This document shows, piece by piece, positions 1 to 12,599 of a stretch of 64,000 bases of DNA. The notes under the pieces are model-generated. The model was not told the DNA's origin, searched no databases, and saw only the letters and a program-made list of their open reading frames with translations. A program made the translations under genes and the position numbers. Source of the DNA: Callorhinchus milii (Eukaryota); assembly GCF_018977255.1 (NCBI RefSeq), contig NW_024704743.1, positions 109,370,001 through 109,434,000 of the forward strand, read 5' to 3'. Every line of letters starts with the position of its first letter. Position 1 is the stretch's first letter.

Positions 1-470
1 GGCTCCATGACCCCATCACTCCCACCCTTCCCCATCCCCCAGAGGATTGAGTTCAAGATCCTCGTCCTCACCTTTAAGGCCATCCATGGCCTTGCCCCCT
101 CCTACCCTCTGACCTGCTGACTCCCTACGAGCCTGTCTGCTCCCTCCGTTCATCGGGCTCCACCCTGCTCCATGTCTCCCGCCAGACCCGCCCAACATCA
201 GTGGCTGGGTTTTCAACTTCTCTGCCGCCACACTCTGGAACGCAATCCCAGGGTCCCTTCGCATCGCTTCCTCCCTTGCCTCCTTCAAGGTTAGTCTCAA
301 GAACTTTCTCTTCGACCGTGCCTTTGGTCTCCCTCCCACCTCTCTGCCTTCCCTCACCCCTACACCACCCCCCCTCCCGCAAGCTCGGGCCCCAACACCT
401 GACTATTCAGCGCTTTGGGACGTCCTCCCGACGTGAAAGGCGCTCTATAAATGTAATTTTGTTGTTGTTG
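1..470 (+). mobile_element. L2-clade LINE, 3' fragment (young family) with (TTG)n tail
   Basis: Translates to L2 ORF2 C-terminal motifs (PIPQRIEFKILVLTFKAIHGLAPSY, LWN, FK..LK.FLF). Ends GCGCTTTGGGACGTCCTCCCGACGTGAAAGGCGCTCTATAAATG...(TTG)n. Near-identical to 59284-59592. Confidence 0.9.
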
Positions 471-772
471 TAGGAAGTTAGGAGCTTGCAGATGTAGGGG
501 GGAGCAAGACCGTGGAGGGCTTTAAAAGTGAAGACCAGGATCTTGAACTGTATCCTCTGTGTGATGGGAAGCCAGTGGAGTTGGGCAAGGATGGGGGTGG
601 TAGGGTCGCGGAGCCCAGTGTGGGAGAGGACACGGGCTGCAGAGTTCTGGATGATTTGCAGCCTGTGGAGGGAGGAGTTGGGGAGGCTGACAAGCAATGA
701 GTTTGCATAGTTGAGCCTCGATGTAATGAAAGCATGTATGACGGTTTTGGCGGCCTGCGGTGTGAGGAAGAG
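471..772 (-). mobile_element. L2 LINE ORF2 fragment
   Basis: ORF 407..697(-): LQIIQNSAARVL...LHWLPITQRIQFKILVFTFKALHGLAPPY, a typical L2 ORF2 C-terminus. Confidence 0.85.
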
Positions 773-785
773 TGGTTATTGAGTG

Positions 786-1267
786 TGTCAGCTTAGTTCA
801 GTTGCTAGCACTCTTGGTTCCGGGTCCAAGATTGTGGGTTCAAGCTCCATGCTGAGACTTTCAACTCACAGTCTGACACTCCAAAATAGTGTTGGTGGAG
901 CCTCCACTGCATTGTTATGGGTGATGTCCTGCAACAGAATGAGATGTTAAACCAAGATCCTGTCTTCCCATTCAGTGGATGTTAAGTGCTCCATGATGCG
1001 ATCGCGTGAAGGTGCTATATAAATACAAATCCATGGCATTATTCAAAAAGAGAAGGGAGTTAAAATAATTCTTCCAGTGTCCTGGCAGACAATATACCCA
1101 GCTAGAATTGATTGTTTATTTCATACACGTTTATGGGATATTGCTGTGTGCAAATTGGCTGCCACGTTCACTTACAAAATTCACAGTCACTAACCTCAAC
1201 AGTAAAATATGTGAAGGACTTTGAGATGTTTCAATTATGTGATAGGACGCTATACCAAGTACAAGGA
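786..1267 (+). mobile_element. Old DeuSINE-like element (SacSINE1/AmnSINE1-type)
   Basis: Degenerate tRNA head (GTCAGCTTAGTTCAGTTGCTAGCACTCT...GGTTCAAGC). Deu-domain motifs GAGATGTTAAACCAAGATCCTGTC, CCATGGCATTATTC, GTGTCCTGGC, TTGCTGTGTGCAAATTGGCTGCC. L2-like tail. Confidence 0.75.
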
Positions 1268-1278
1268 GTCCTGCAGCT

Positions 1279-1595
1279 TAATAATAATAATAATCCTTGC
1301 ATTTGATATAGCGCTTTTCACGTCGGGAGGACGTCCCAAAGTGCTTCACGGAACACACTGTAAAGTGAATTGACTGTATATTTATGGGCGAACGCGGCAG
1401 CCAATTGCGCACAGCAATGTCCCACAAACAGTCGTAGATTGAAAATGACCAATTTAATTATTGTTTTTGGTTTGATTATTATTAGGCTCTGTGTGGAGTA
1501 AGGAAACTTGCCCAAGGTTTCGCCCTCTGCCTGGAATTGAACTCAGGTCTCTCACTTGCAAAGCGAGTGCTCTAACCACTGAGCTACAGGACTCC
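1279..1595 (-). mobile_element. Young tRNA-derived SINE, short subfamily, full length
   Basis: Reverse complement reads GGAGTCCTGTAGCTCAGTGGTTAGAGCACTCGCTTTGCAAG (A/B boxes)...GGGACGTCCTCCCGACGTGAAAAGCGCTATATCAAATGCAAGG(ATT)n. Near-identical to 12743-13070, 13763-14090, 61686-62000. Confidence 0.9.
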
Positions 1596-1966
1596 TTAGT
1601 AGTTAGAGCACTCGTATCACAAGCGAGAAGACCTAGGTTTGATTCCCGGCAAGATGAAATATTGGGCAACAAACAACAACAACGGAATTACATTTATAGA
1701 GTTTCCTTACTCCACGCCTCTGTTTACCTAGCAGTAAGTAGGAACCTGGATCGCTTTTCCAGGGGTAATAATTCCTGCAAAAAAATAATAATGTGGTCAC
1801 TCATTCCACGACTGTGGGAAACTGCTGTGCGTAATTGGCTGCCACATTTTGTCCACAAAATATAGAGTCGCTTCACTTTACAGTATATTCTGTGAAGCGC
1901 TTTGAGACGCCTCAAAGGCATGCTAAGGTGCTATATCAAATGCAAGGATTATTATTATTATAATTA
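1596..1966 (+). mobile_element. tRNA-derived SINE, long subfamily (first 16 nt of head displaced to 1265-1280)
   Basis: TAGTTAGAGCACTCG...TTGGGCAA / GTTTCCTTACTCCACGCCTCTGTTTACCTAGCAGTAAGTAGGAACCTGG...CTATATCAAATGCAAGG(ATT)n. Interrupted at about 1670-1700 by a short minus-strand L2 tail. Confidence 0.85.
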
Positions 1967-3640
1967 TATGGACCAAATACTTGAGCTCTTTTTCTCCTAT
2001 TTTGCACTTTTCTCCAGTTTTAAGTTCTCTTTTGGACATTTCCATAACACCCTTTAAACATTCATCATATTCTTTTCTGGTGCTTCTAAATATTAATGTC
2101 AATATAAAATATACTGTCAATTCACTTTACAGCATATTCTGAAGCGCTTTGAGACGTCTTGAAGATGTGATAAAGTGCTATATCAAATGCAAGGATTATT
2201 ATTATCCAATACACTAGTAGAGCAGGATTGGCCTCCTCTTGTTCCTATATTCCTGTGAGCTGTCCTTCAGCTGAAGTGAAATTGAAGAATTAAGATCCAA
2301 AATACTGTATGAATTGAAGTATCCTAACCAGGTTTGATTTCTCCACTGTGTTGATTTTCCAATCTTGGCTGTGTTGTAGAGAGGCGGTACTGAATGAAGA
2401 CCAGTTGCTTTTCCACAGGGAGGAAAAGGAACCAAGCAAGAATCATCATAATCAAAATATTCTTGTATTGGTTTGTGGGCAGTTTGAGGAAGACCTGAGA
2501 CAAATTGCCCTGATTTTCTCAGTCACAATAATCTGGTGACATTGGGGAAATGGGATGGAAAATATGTTTACTTCAATGCAGTTCCCTTTTTATACAATAT
2601 GGCCTTCATGAACTTCTCTTTTTTTTTAACCTAATCAGCTAACCTTGTCGAAATAAAACAAGCTGTGCCAGAAATGGTACTATGTATATTTATATTTCAT
2701 AGTTTTCCACATGCTGAGCTCAGTGTCAGCCACAGGAGTTCTATTTTTTCACATAAAGAGTTAAGATCATGCGTTACCCGGGCAACTCTGATGTAGCTCT
2801 GATCAACCATTTTCAGAACAGTTTTTGTAGTGGAGACCTTGGAGCAGGTACACTGACTTCCTTATTGGCATGTTGTTTACTGTCATAGCTGAAAGCAAAA
2901 ATGGAGAAAATGCATTAAAACGTTTTAAAAAGTGTCTCCTTCAAACAGACCATGAATTTATGCGAGTAGTTGTTGTGGTGCTGCTGCTATGGTTGAAGTC
3001 AGAAAATTGTAAAATGGCAGCTTTGTTATTGCTGCTCATAAATCTGTTTGATTTTACAGTATTGTACAAATTCAGTGTACTGAATTCTAGGGACTATTAT
3101 GGAAGAAATACTTGAAGACAGACATATTGAAACTCCCAACTCAACTTTTAAAATAACAGCCACGAGAGGGAGTATTAACAGGAATATGTATTTAATTTTA
3201 GTCAACATTCAGATGTACATAGATGTAGATATAGCCGTTTTATACCGGCCTTAAAATCCTCCCAAAGACCATTCAGATATTCCTCCCTAATAGGGAGTTT
3301 TGGCTCAATTTATCATAAATGGGTGTTTCTCTCCCCACCAACAACTATTTACATTTTATAGCGTATGTTATTTGTAGCTGGAACGTTCTATAAAATAAAA
3401 ATGACATAATGAATATGGTTAATATTAGACTTAATTAAAATAAGTAATATTCCTGTAATGTTGATGAATCAATGTAATTTATTAAAAAGTATATTATTAT
3501 CAGTAGAGGGCAATATATATCTGACTTGAAGATTTTAGTTTCTTACCAAAACATTTGAGATCCAAAATGTTCCATGGTTTTAAACTTATGACCATTTTCT
3601 TAACATTGTACAAGAATTTAGAACATTCTTAATTTTAAAG

Positions 3641-3770
3641 CCCTTCCCTCCCCTCACCCTGACCATTTCCCCCCAATGCTCGGGTCATGACCCAACTGTG
3701 CAGCGCCTTGGGACGTCCTCCTGACGTGAAAGGCGCTCTATAAATGGAATCTTGTTGTTGTTGTTGTTGT
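3641..3770 (+). mobile_element. L2 3' UTR/tail
   Basis: CCCTCACCCTGACCATTTCCCCC...GCGCCTTGGGACGTCCTCCTGACGTGAAAGGCGCTCTATAAATGGAATC(TTG)n, matching 4533-4762 and the 3' end of 52242-53411. Confidence 0.85.
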
Positions 3771-4532
3771 AAAGCTGTTTTTCATTAGTTCTTTGCTTAA
3801 AGAGCAGCGCAGGAAATTTTAATATCTACCTAATCACAGGCAGGTGGGACCTTCAGTTAATTTATTTATTAAGTACAATATTGTGTAAAGTTTAGAATGT
3901 TTACAATTACATTAAATGTTTACTGCACAGTACCAATTTTTTCTCACTGTAATCATTGATATTGTGTATCTGACAGTTATCGCAAACATGCAGCTTATTA
4001 GGAATGAAACTTCTCTAGAATGAATGATACAAATGTAATGAAACATAACTAGTTTATTTCACATTGTACAGTTGCAATAACATCCAGTCAGATTAATCCC
4101 CACAACAGCAGTTGGCTGCGTTTCGCCCACAAAATATACAATCACTTCACTTTACAATATATTCTGCGAAGCCCTTTGAGACATCTTGAAGATACGTCTC
4201 AAAGTGATAAGACGCTATATCAAATGCAAGGATTATTATTATTTATCAAATCAAACTAATTTTATTTAAGGAAGAAAACATGAATTTAACATTTGAAATA
4301 CTGTAAAGCAACTCCCTCATTTTCTTAAACTCTAATCAACCTTTTACTCATACATCTAATGTATAATTTATGTGTATATGTATTATGTGCATATTTAAGA
4401 GAATAAGGAAAACCTCATTCTTCACACAAGTTCTTTCTTGTATTAAATCTGTGTCTGCTGTAAAATGCAATTTGTCCAAATAGACTTGGAAAGGGATTCT
4501 GAGTGAACCATTAGAGGAATTCTGAATTTATT

Positions 4533-4762
4533 TCTCTTTGACCGAGCCTTCAGCTCCCCTCTCGACTCTCTTCCTCCTCCTCGCTCCCTCCCTTCCCTCC
4601 CCTCACCCTGACCATTTCCCCCTCCTCTCTCCCCCCCTTCCCTCCCCTCACCCTGACCATTTCCCCCTGCTCGGGTCATGACCCAACTGTGCAGCGCCTT
4701 GGGACGTCCTCCTGACGTGAAAGGCGCTCTATAAATGGAATCTTGTTGTTGTTGTTGTTGTT
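4533..4762 (+). mobile_element. L2 3' end
   Basis: Matches 53190-53411, including the duplicated CCTTCCCTCCCCTCACCCTGACCATTTCCCCC unit and the (TTG)n tail. Confidence 0.9.
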
Positions 4763-4884
4763 ATGAAGCGTTTGCTTAGTTGGTAGTGCTCTGGGCAAGA
4801 GGTTGTGGGTTTGAATCCTATACCAGTACTTGAGCCCATATTCCTGGCTGACACTCCAGCACAATACCAGAGAAGCATTACATT

Positions 4885-5150
4885 GTTACAATAAGTAGGA
4901 ACCTGGTCGTTGGTCGATTGCTGGATCGCTTTTCCAGGGTTAATAATCATTAAAAAAGATTTTTAAAAAAAATTTGGTCACTCAATCCATGACTGTTTGT
5001 GGGACACTGCTGTGCGCAACTGGCTGCTGCGTTTCGCCCACAAATATACAGTCAATTCACTTTGCAGTATATTCTGTGAAGTGCTTTGAGACGTCCAGAA
5101 GATGTGAAAAGCGCTATATCAAATGCAAGGATTATCATTATTATTTATTA
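4885..5150 (+). mobile_element. SINE long subfamily, 5'-truncated
   Basis: TAAGTAGGAACCTGGTCGTTGGTCGATTGCTGGATCGC...TGTTTGTGGGACACTGCTGTGCGCAA...AAATGCAAGGATTAT. Confidence 0.85.
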
Positions 5151-5537
5151 AGTGCCATAACAACAACAACTTGCACTTGTATAGTGAGGGATAGTGTCTC
5201 AGAGCGCACAACCACAAGAAAGCAAAAATGCAAAACAATCCCCAAAGAATAACAGTAACTAACGTCAAAATGAGAATGCTACAAACAGTTTATATTATGA
5301 GACTCATCAATTGTACTTGAAAAGGAAACATTTTTCAACAAGGAGTCTCCGTAATCTAGCCTCACTGATACAGAACTGTAAATATGTTTTACATAGAAAA
5401 AGTATTTCATTAAAGATTCAATACCAAATGCAAGGATTATTATTGTAAAACTTGTAAACTTTCTAATTTCAGATATTTACACAGAGCCTGGCAAGGGGAG
5501 GTGGAGAATACTATAAACTGATCAAAATAGAATAAAA

Positions 5538-5938
5538 CCTGGCTCAGTTGGTAGCAGTCTTTCCAAGACAGAAAGTTATGGATTTAAGACCCATGGTGCG
5601 ATTGGAGCTCATGGTCTAGGCTGACACTCCCAATGTTGTCCTGGGGTTACATGCATTATCAGAGGTGCAGTCCTTGGGATGGGACATTAAACTGAGTTTC
5701 CATCTGGCTGTTCAGGTGCACATAGCACTATTCAAAAAAGATTCTCGCTGGCCTGGCCAACAATCCACCAGATAAAAATTGTTTTTCATTTCATGACTTT
5801 ATGGAACACTTCTGTGTGCAAATTGGCTGCTATGTTTGTCTACAAAATACAGTGTACACCCTACAGTAAATCATGTGAAGTACTTTGAGTTGTTTTGATG
5901 ACATAAGCCATTGTATCAAATATCAGGATTATTATTTA
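5538..5938 (+). mobile_element. Old DeuSINE-like element
   Basis: CCTGGCTCAGTTGGTAGCA head, GGATGGGACATTAAACTGAG, ATAGCACTATTC, CTGGCCAACAAT, TGTGTGCAAATTGGCTGC and tail; collinear with 786-1267. Confidence 0.7.
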
Positions 5939-8900
5939 TCAGGAGGGTCCAATAATGGGGGGTGGGGGCTAACATTTGAAACACTCGAGAGATTTTGTTT
6001 CTCTATAGATTAGCATATATGAAACATACAGTTCTTTTATCAAAAATAACTATCATCTTAAGAACAGAATTGGAGATTATGTCCTTAAGATGTGTTAAGA
6101 TTCTGTTCTTAAGATGTGTTCTGTTCATATAGTTTGGGACATAACATGTGCATGTGACTGCCAGGATGGTGGAAGGCGAACTGGATGGACCTTGGTCTTC
6201 TTCTGCCTTGCAAATTCTTGCCTTTTAATGAGATGTAGAAATACAGATTGAGATGAACTCCAGAGACACAGTGTGCTGCTGGGAAATTGAGTTTCGTCTG
6301 CTGAGAGGATAGATTTGAACTATGAAGTTAGAAGATCATAGGATGTTTGTGTGCTCTATGGTGGGAGTGAACTCAATGACCTTTTCTCATTTCATACATA
6401 TGTTCTTAATCAACTCCCACCTCGCCTACAAAGCCATGACCAAATTGATGCATACCTTTTCTTATTTTTCCTGCCACAAACTGAAGATGTGTGCTAAACA
6501 CTTTCACTGTGAAGAAGCCCCTCTCTCCAACAATGCCACATATGGGCAGAAGGAGCAACTAGCAACTGCGGACCTCAGAGGAGTCTGTGCCGTGAGAGCA
6601 AAAATTCATGAGAAAAGAAAAGACCATGCACACATTACCCAAGTGGGCAGTATTCTAATTGTTTAACATTAATATTTATCTAGAGTACAGATTAAACTAT
6701 GACATGATTGGTTTCTGTTATAGGCAGTGGCTGCAGTGGAGTATGTTAAAAGCATCTGATGACATAGTTTGTCATTGCTTGGTGAACACAGCGGTGCTGT
6801 TGTCATGGTAGTGCAAAGAGGAAATCCTCTGAAATGTAAGAGGCAATTAACATGTTTGCCAGACTGTTTAATTGTCTCATGGTCACATACTCATGCAGAG
6901 AATTAAAATAGTGTGGCAAAAATCATATCTGATAGTTCTAAATATCTATCCAAATACCTACAATGTGTTTTGGCGACTATTTAAGAATCTGGTGGAAGAG
7001 AAACAATTGTACTATTATTGATAATATTGTATAGTTATTATGTTTTAATCTCCAGGCTGGGGAGCACACTTAAAGAGCATTAGAATGTCTGCCATATTCT
7101 TCTCCACTTTGTCGACTCTGGAAGGAGTTTGAATTCATTTTTATTTGTAAAAGTTACATTAACGATTCATATGCTGTTGTGTAATAGACTATTTAAAAAG
7201 CAAATGTAAATTTACTGAAGTGGGGGCACCATAATTATATGTTCAATAGCTATTGAATATGTGTTGTCAGACAGTGAAGATAATGTACAACATAAAGTAC
7301 TTAAGACTGATTTAACTTGATCAAATAGCCACGTACTCAAGCAAAGGGATTAAACATGTAGCATTTTTGGCAACCTGGTTCATGTACTTCAAATCATTTC
7401 AATATAGGATACATTATGGACACATTGATGTTTACCCAAAGAGCAACAAGTATTATTGGTTGTTAAACAATCCTCATGTGGGAACTGCAAGATCAGAGGG
7501 GTTTAAAATAATGTTGTCATATGTAGATACAATTCTAATTCATTTCAGAAAGTTACAATTCCTGTTGAATAATGTACAACAATCAAATAAATGAGCTTGT
7601 TTTTTTAAATATTTACTTGAAATAATCATTTGTTTTAATTATTACTTCCTGGGAATGGATACTTTTTTGTCTTTTCACGTACACTATTTGAGTCCCCCAC
7701 CCTCTACATGCCACCATTGGTGGCCGAGTCTTCAGTTCTGCTACACTCTGGAATGCCCTCTCTCGCACTCGTCTCACCCATCTCTCTGTCCTGACCCAAC
7801 TGTACAGCTCCCGACGTGAAAGGCGCTCTATAAATGGAATCTTGTTGTTGTTGTCTTTAAGTCTGCCTCAAATCCTATCTTTTTCAGAGGCACCTGTGGC
7901 CACCACCCCGTCCCTTGCTTGGTATTCAACCCCTCATCCCTGTAAAGACATTACATGAAGATGCACTATATACATGCAGCTGGTACTGAGAGAGGGGGGA
8001 GGGGTCTGGGTTCCTGCTGGGAGGGTATAGCAGTCAGGAGGGTCTGCTGGGAGGTCTAGCAGCCAGGAGGTATGTCTGGGGGAGGGGGCATTTCAGGTGC
8101 ATCAAGGGAGTTCTATCTGGGGGGTGTTATCGGGTGAAGATTTTGTGGATCCGCTTGAGCACCATGTCCTGTGGAACGGCCGTCACGCTTGCTGCCCCGA
8201 ACGCACAACACAATTCTGGTCTCTGACCTCACCTCCCCAACCCCGCACATTGCCTCTGCATGCCAACCCAGCAGATGTCTATCAGACAGCTGAGGAAACT
8301 GAGGGTTGGGGCAACAGCTGCTGGAAGCTGTTACCTGGCATCCAAGTTTGTGAACATGTGTGCGTACAGTGAGAGCTTGGAATCAGCTGCTACTCAAACA
8401 CCTCCAACTGGTGGATCCATTGCTCAATGGGAATGGATGTGTCTCCGAGCTGTGGACCGAAATATAGTGTCAATGTTACCAGGTATTTCATGCTGTGTTG
8501 CCTACAAGGTTGCTTGCAGGGAGTTCCTGATACCTGCCACCCACCTAGTGAGGGCTCAAACCTGCACTTGTCGAATGTCAAATGACCAACTAGTGACTAT
8601 CCTCTTTGGTTGGGGGAGGGGTGTATAAGATGGGTCTCTTTGGAGCTCAACTGGCTCTAAATTAAAATGTTTGCAACGGAATGTCAGAATTAAGCCAACC
8701 CTAGGTAGTTGCCTCGGTAGTCCGGTTCCTGAGCCTGGCAGGTCTGCAGTCCTCCAGGGCATTGCTGTTAACAGCGCAGCCAGCCTGGCACATTGGCAGG
8801 ACTTGACATGCCCTGCAAACCAAAGCCCTAAGGGGCAGGGTGGTCCTAGCTGGACGAGCAGCGGGAACGCTTGCCAGATAGTGCTTTCAATGACAACCTA

Positions 8901-10110
8901 TGTGGTTTTAGCTGGTTAAACTCCAGCAGTATCCCGACACACACTCTGGGGTCCCCAAGCCTTGGCTCTTGCCAATCTGCACCGGAATTTGGTAAATGGG
9001 GTGTATTCGCCAGGGAGTGAGTGCATATTGCATTCCAATAAAATCTCTCGAATTTCCATGGATAGGTGGGATGCACAAAACTGGTTTGGATACTCTTAAG
9101 CCTGGTGATGGGTTTCTGTATTTGTGATTGTATCAGTAGGCAACTCAACAGATATTTGCACAATCAGAGTCCCACACACAGCCATGAGGTGAGTGTTGTC
9201 ATAGTAATACTGAAACAAGTAAATAGAGAAAAAAAATTAACAAAGGAGGAAACATTTCACAATAACATTTAAACGGGAATGAAGGAGAAAATGAATGATG
9301 TGATTAAATGAATTATGCTTAACAGTTTAAACTGCAAGAAACTTGTCATTTACTGTCAGCTATTTGATGGTCATAAGCTGCTGCTGACATACTTTACTTA
9401 TTAGTTGTTGAACGAAGAAAAGTTGAATGTTAATTCTCAATGCAAGTAAATTGAGGTTTTGTAATTAGTACTTCTATTTCAGTTCATCTTTCTCCTAAAA
9501 CTTGCGAAATCCGATGGGATTTCCATTAATACGAGTTGGTATACGAGTTCCAATTAACCCTTTCGATAAATTAAGTCAGCTTTACGCTCTTGGGTCCATT
9601 GTATCCTGGTCGCCTATAATTGTTCCGTATCACTGTCCAGCACCTTGGGATTTCTTCCCAACGTGAAAGGAGCTGTACAAGTGTAATTTTGTATTGTCAC
9701 GTATCAAGATTACAATTTGCCACGTAAGAGATAGATGTACATGTTTGGCTTGGATTCTTACGGAAAATAAGCTACAAATGATTGCATAATTATTGGCACC
9801 AGAGGCATGAATGTGATACTTAAAAGCGCTCTGGGGCGCTACCATGAGGGGCGCTACATAAATGCAAGTTGTTGTTGAAGTGCCTTTTCACGGAATTTGC
9901 CATAATTGCAAGGCATGACCTGCAGCTTTCATTCACAATGTCTGACTGCTTCCCAGAAGAGTGGAGTTACTTGGGCAAAAATTGAGTCTTGTGTGAAAAA
10001 TATGGCGAAGGAAACCTGCTGCTGGAGCAGACGTTGCAAAGTTTCGTCACATGTATCATTGAACAACATGCAACAACAGCATTAGGAAGTGAGAGGAGGG
10101 AGTTAAACTG

Positions 10111-10141
<31 letters not shown>

Positions 10142-10666
10142 GGGGAGAGAAATAAAGAAAGAGTTGTGGGGGTGGGGGCCGGTGAATGGGAAAGAGAGGA
10201 ATAGAAGTGACCTCCAAAACGCGTCTGAAGCAGCTTGTACATGTTATGCAGAACCGGTGTCTCGCTCATGAAGGACAGCGGAGGGGGTGGAGGGGGGGGG
10301 GGTCGCCCTGAAAAAAAGTGCAATGGTTAATGGGGTTTGAGACATCCCGTGAATAAAGAATAGCAGCAGCGCTGGGACAAGTGGCGCTGTAACTGCATAA
10401 AGTACAGCAGAGCCCCTCTGAGGGGACGCTTTGCAAAGTGGCGTAAAAGCAACATCGTGGGACTGCAAAACGTGCCGCAGATTTGTGTCACGTTTGCAAA
10501 ATAGAATATATTTTCCAGAGAAAAAAAAACAGAACTGGGGCTGTGTAAAGGTTTGCAGTCGGTGGGTTAATGGTGTCCGTGTGCCTTTATTGGTGGGAGA
10601 GAGACGGCGCTCCTTTTTCGAGGAATCCCGACACGTCAGAAGTACAACGTAAGCAGCGGCTTTGCC

Positions 10667-10808
10667 GGGAGGAGGGGAGGAGGACAAGAGGAAGGAGGGC
10701 AGGAGGACAGGAGGGAGGAAGGGAGGAGGGAGGAGGACAAGAGGGAGGAGGGCAGAAGGGAGGAAGGGAGGAGGACAAGAGGGAGGAGGACAAGAGGGAG
10801 GAGGGAGC
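10667..10808 (+). repeat. Polypurine GGA-rich low-complexity repeat (unit about GAGGGAGGAGGACAA)
   Basis: Read directly from the sequence; almost no pyrimidines over about 140 bp. Confidence 0.9.
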
Positions 10809-11272
10809 GACATCTCACCCCGAACCTGCACACAGAAGCCTCAGCTCCACACACCTCCGCACTGGTCCCCTCTGACTGCACTGCACTGCACTGTCGGGGT
10901 CTCACGACTCAACTGCGACCGTAAGGAGGAGCTGTGAAGTTTGTGAAGCCGAGTGGCCCCGGAGACTGAGACAGAGACAGAGGGGGAGAGGCCGCGCCGC
11001 TCGGCGGCTCTGCGCGGACTGTAGCTCTGCCTTCAGCGAGAGCCGCGAGAGCCGCTTCGGAATAACCGACTGAGAGCTCCCGGTGTCCGGCGGCACCGCG
11101 TCCACTCGCACCTCAGCGCGCGGCCCCGGCGGGAGGGCGGGAGCACAGCACCGCGTCCACGTGTCCGACTCGCCACCTGTGCCCCGTCCACAGCGGCGGC
11201 CCCGGGGCCGGAGCTCCGAAGGCGACCACCGAACAGCTCGAGAGGTCAGACAGGAAACCGGCACAGAGGCCA

Positions 11273-11548
11273 GAGCGCGCGCCCGAGAGCGCCCCAGCCC
11301 CCGAGAGCGCGCGCCCGAGAGCGCCCCAGCCCCCGAGAGCGCGCGCCCGAGAGCGCCCCAGCCCCCGAGAGCGCGCGCCCGAGAGCGCTCCAGCCCCCGA
11401 GAGCGCGCGCCCGAGAGCGCTCCAGCTCCCGAGAGCGCGCGCCCGAGAGCGCGCCAGCCCCCGAGAGAGCGCGCGCCCGAGAGCGCTCCAGCCCCGAGAG
11501 CGCGCGCCCGAGATAACTCCAGGCCCGAGAGCGCGCGCGCCCGAGAGC
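11273..11548 (+). repeat. 32-bp GC-rich minisatellite, about 8 units
   Basis: Unit CCCGAGAGCGCCCCAGCCCCCGAGAGCGCGCG repeats at 11282, 11314, 11346 and onward with minor variants. Confidence 0.95.
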
Positions 11549-11579
11549 ACTCCGGCTCAGCCCGAGGACAGTGGAGCGG

Positions 11580-11771
11580 CGCCCCCCCCCGGGCCCCGCC
11601 CTCCGCCCCCCCCGGGCCCCGCCCCCGGGCCCCGCCCCCGGGCCCCGCCCCCGAGCCCCGCCCACCGAGCCCCCCCCACCGAGCCCCGCCCCCCTAGCCC
11701 CGCCCCCCCCCGCCCCCCCCCGAGCCCCGCCCCCGCCCCCCGGGCCCCGCCCCCCCGGCCCCGCCCCCGGG
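11580..11771 (-). repeat. G-rich (CCCCG)n low-complexity tract with G-quadruplex potential
   Basis: Many consecutive C3-C9 runs on the + strand separated by 1-4 nt. Confidence 0.85.
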
Positions 11772-12599
11772 ATCGCGCTGAGGAACCACCTGTCGCGGAC
11801 GGTGGGTTTCTTACATCGCCTTTTGCACAGTTGCACTGAACCGTCACCGACCGATCGGAGACCTCCACTGTACGTGTGAAGCGCAGTGAGTGACCGACTG
11901 TTGAGGCGCTCTCTCTCTCTCTCTCTCTCGGAGGTTTGGCGGCTTCAGAGGTGAAGTGGCGGCTGATGGAGATACGGTATATTTGTGTAAAGGTACACTT
12001 TCCCGATCCTCACATCGCCGGAGGGTTCCCGGTGTCACTCCGGTTGACCTCCCACTTAAAACGTTGCGTTCGTTTCCCCCATTGCTGCACACGTGCAAAC
12101 GTACCTTTCTGTCGGGGTTTTAGTCGCAAAACCGCGTGTCTTTTTTTTTTCCCCTTTAAAGTCCGGACGGTGGGGGCAGAGTTCAGAGCCGCCGCCGAAC
12201 GGTGAGGAGGGGGTCACTTGCAAACTGTTCGGTCTGTGGTGCGGCTCTCGTTGCACTGCATTGCATTGAAATAAAATGAAAAGGGTCGGGTTCAAAGCTC
12301 CAACGTTGGGACTGCAACTCATTGCCCGACTGACCGACCCCTCGGGGTCACTTTTGGGGACAGGTTCTGCTGTCAAATCCCGTGTCCTGTTTGCATTGCA
12401 CTATTCCACAGGTAGAGAGAGGTCTCTCCCGGTGTCTGAGCCAACAACAACCCCCCACACCCCTCCCAAGTGATTCGCCATTCATCTTGAGGCTGTTCAT
12501 GAGACTTTGCTTTGTGTGTCAAAAAAAATGCTGTGTTCGCCTCCAAAACCAGCAATTATTTATCATGAAGCGCTCTGACATGTTTTGATGGTGATGACT

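Larger units (their letters stand above)
10210..12450. promoter_or_regulatory. SGK3: CpG island, probable SGK3 promoter and non-coding exon 1
   Basis: Very high GC and CpG density against an AT-rich, CpG-poor background, with many GGGCGG (Sp/KLF) boxes. Candidate + strand donors: ACC|GTAAGG (10921), GCA|GTGAGT (11886), ACG|GTGAGG (12202). It is the only island upstream of the SGK3 coding exons, and mammalian SGK3 also has a distant non-coding first exon. The link to SGK3 is inferred. Confidence 0.7.

Noticed and set aside
8100..8920. Possible decayed RLE-type (R2/NeSL-like) retrotransposon on the minus strand (RVGLILTFRCK, SMKYL)
   Set aside because: Only faint motif resemblance and no intact YADD or QG motif; cannot be supported without BLASTx.
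10244..10831. Pro-rich minus-strand ORF (MSLPPPSCPPP...) as VCPIP1, the head-to-head neighbour of SGK3 in mammals
   Set aside because: The Pro-rich part is only the translated GGA repeat. No VCPIP1 motifs (e.g. RRILSGSCPD, DGDGHC) and no long first-exon ORF.
11273..11548. Regular 32-bp repeats as a CRISPR-like array
   Set aside because: Head-to-tail tandem units without unique spacers, in a vertebrate context.
11083..11879. Several 100-200 aa Arg/Pro/Ala/Gly-rich ORFs
   Set aside because: Stop-poor translation of the minisatellite and (CCCCG)n tract.
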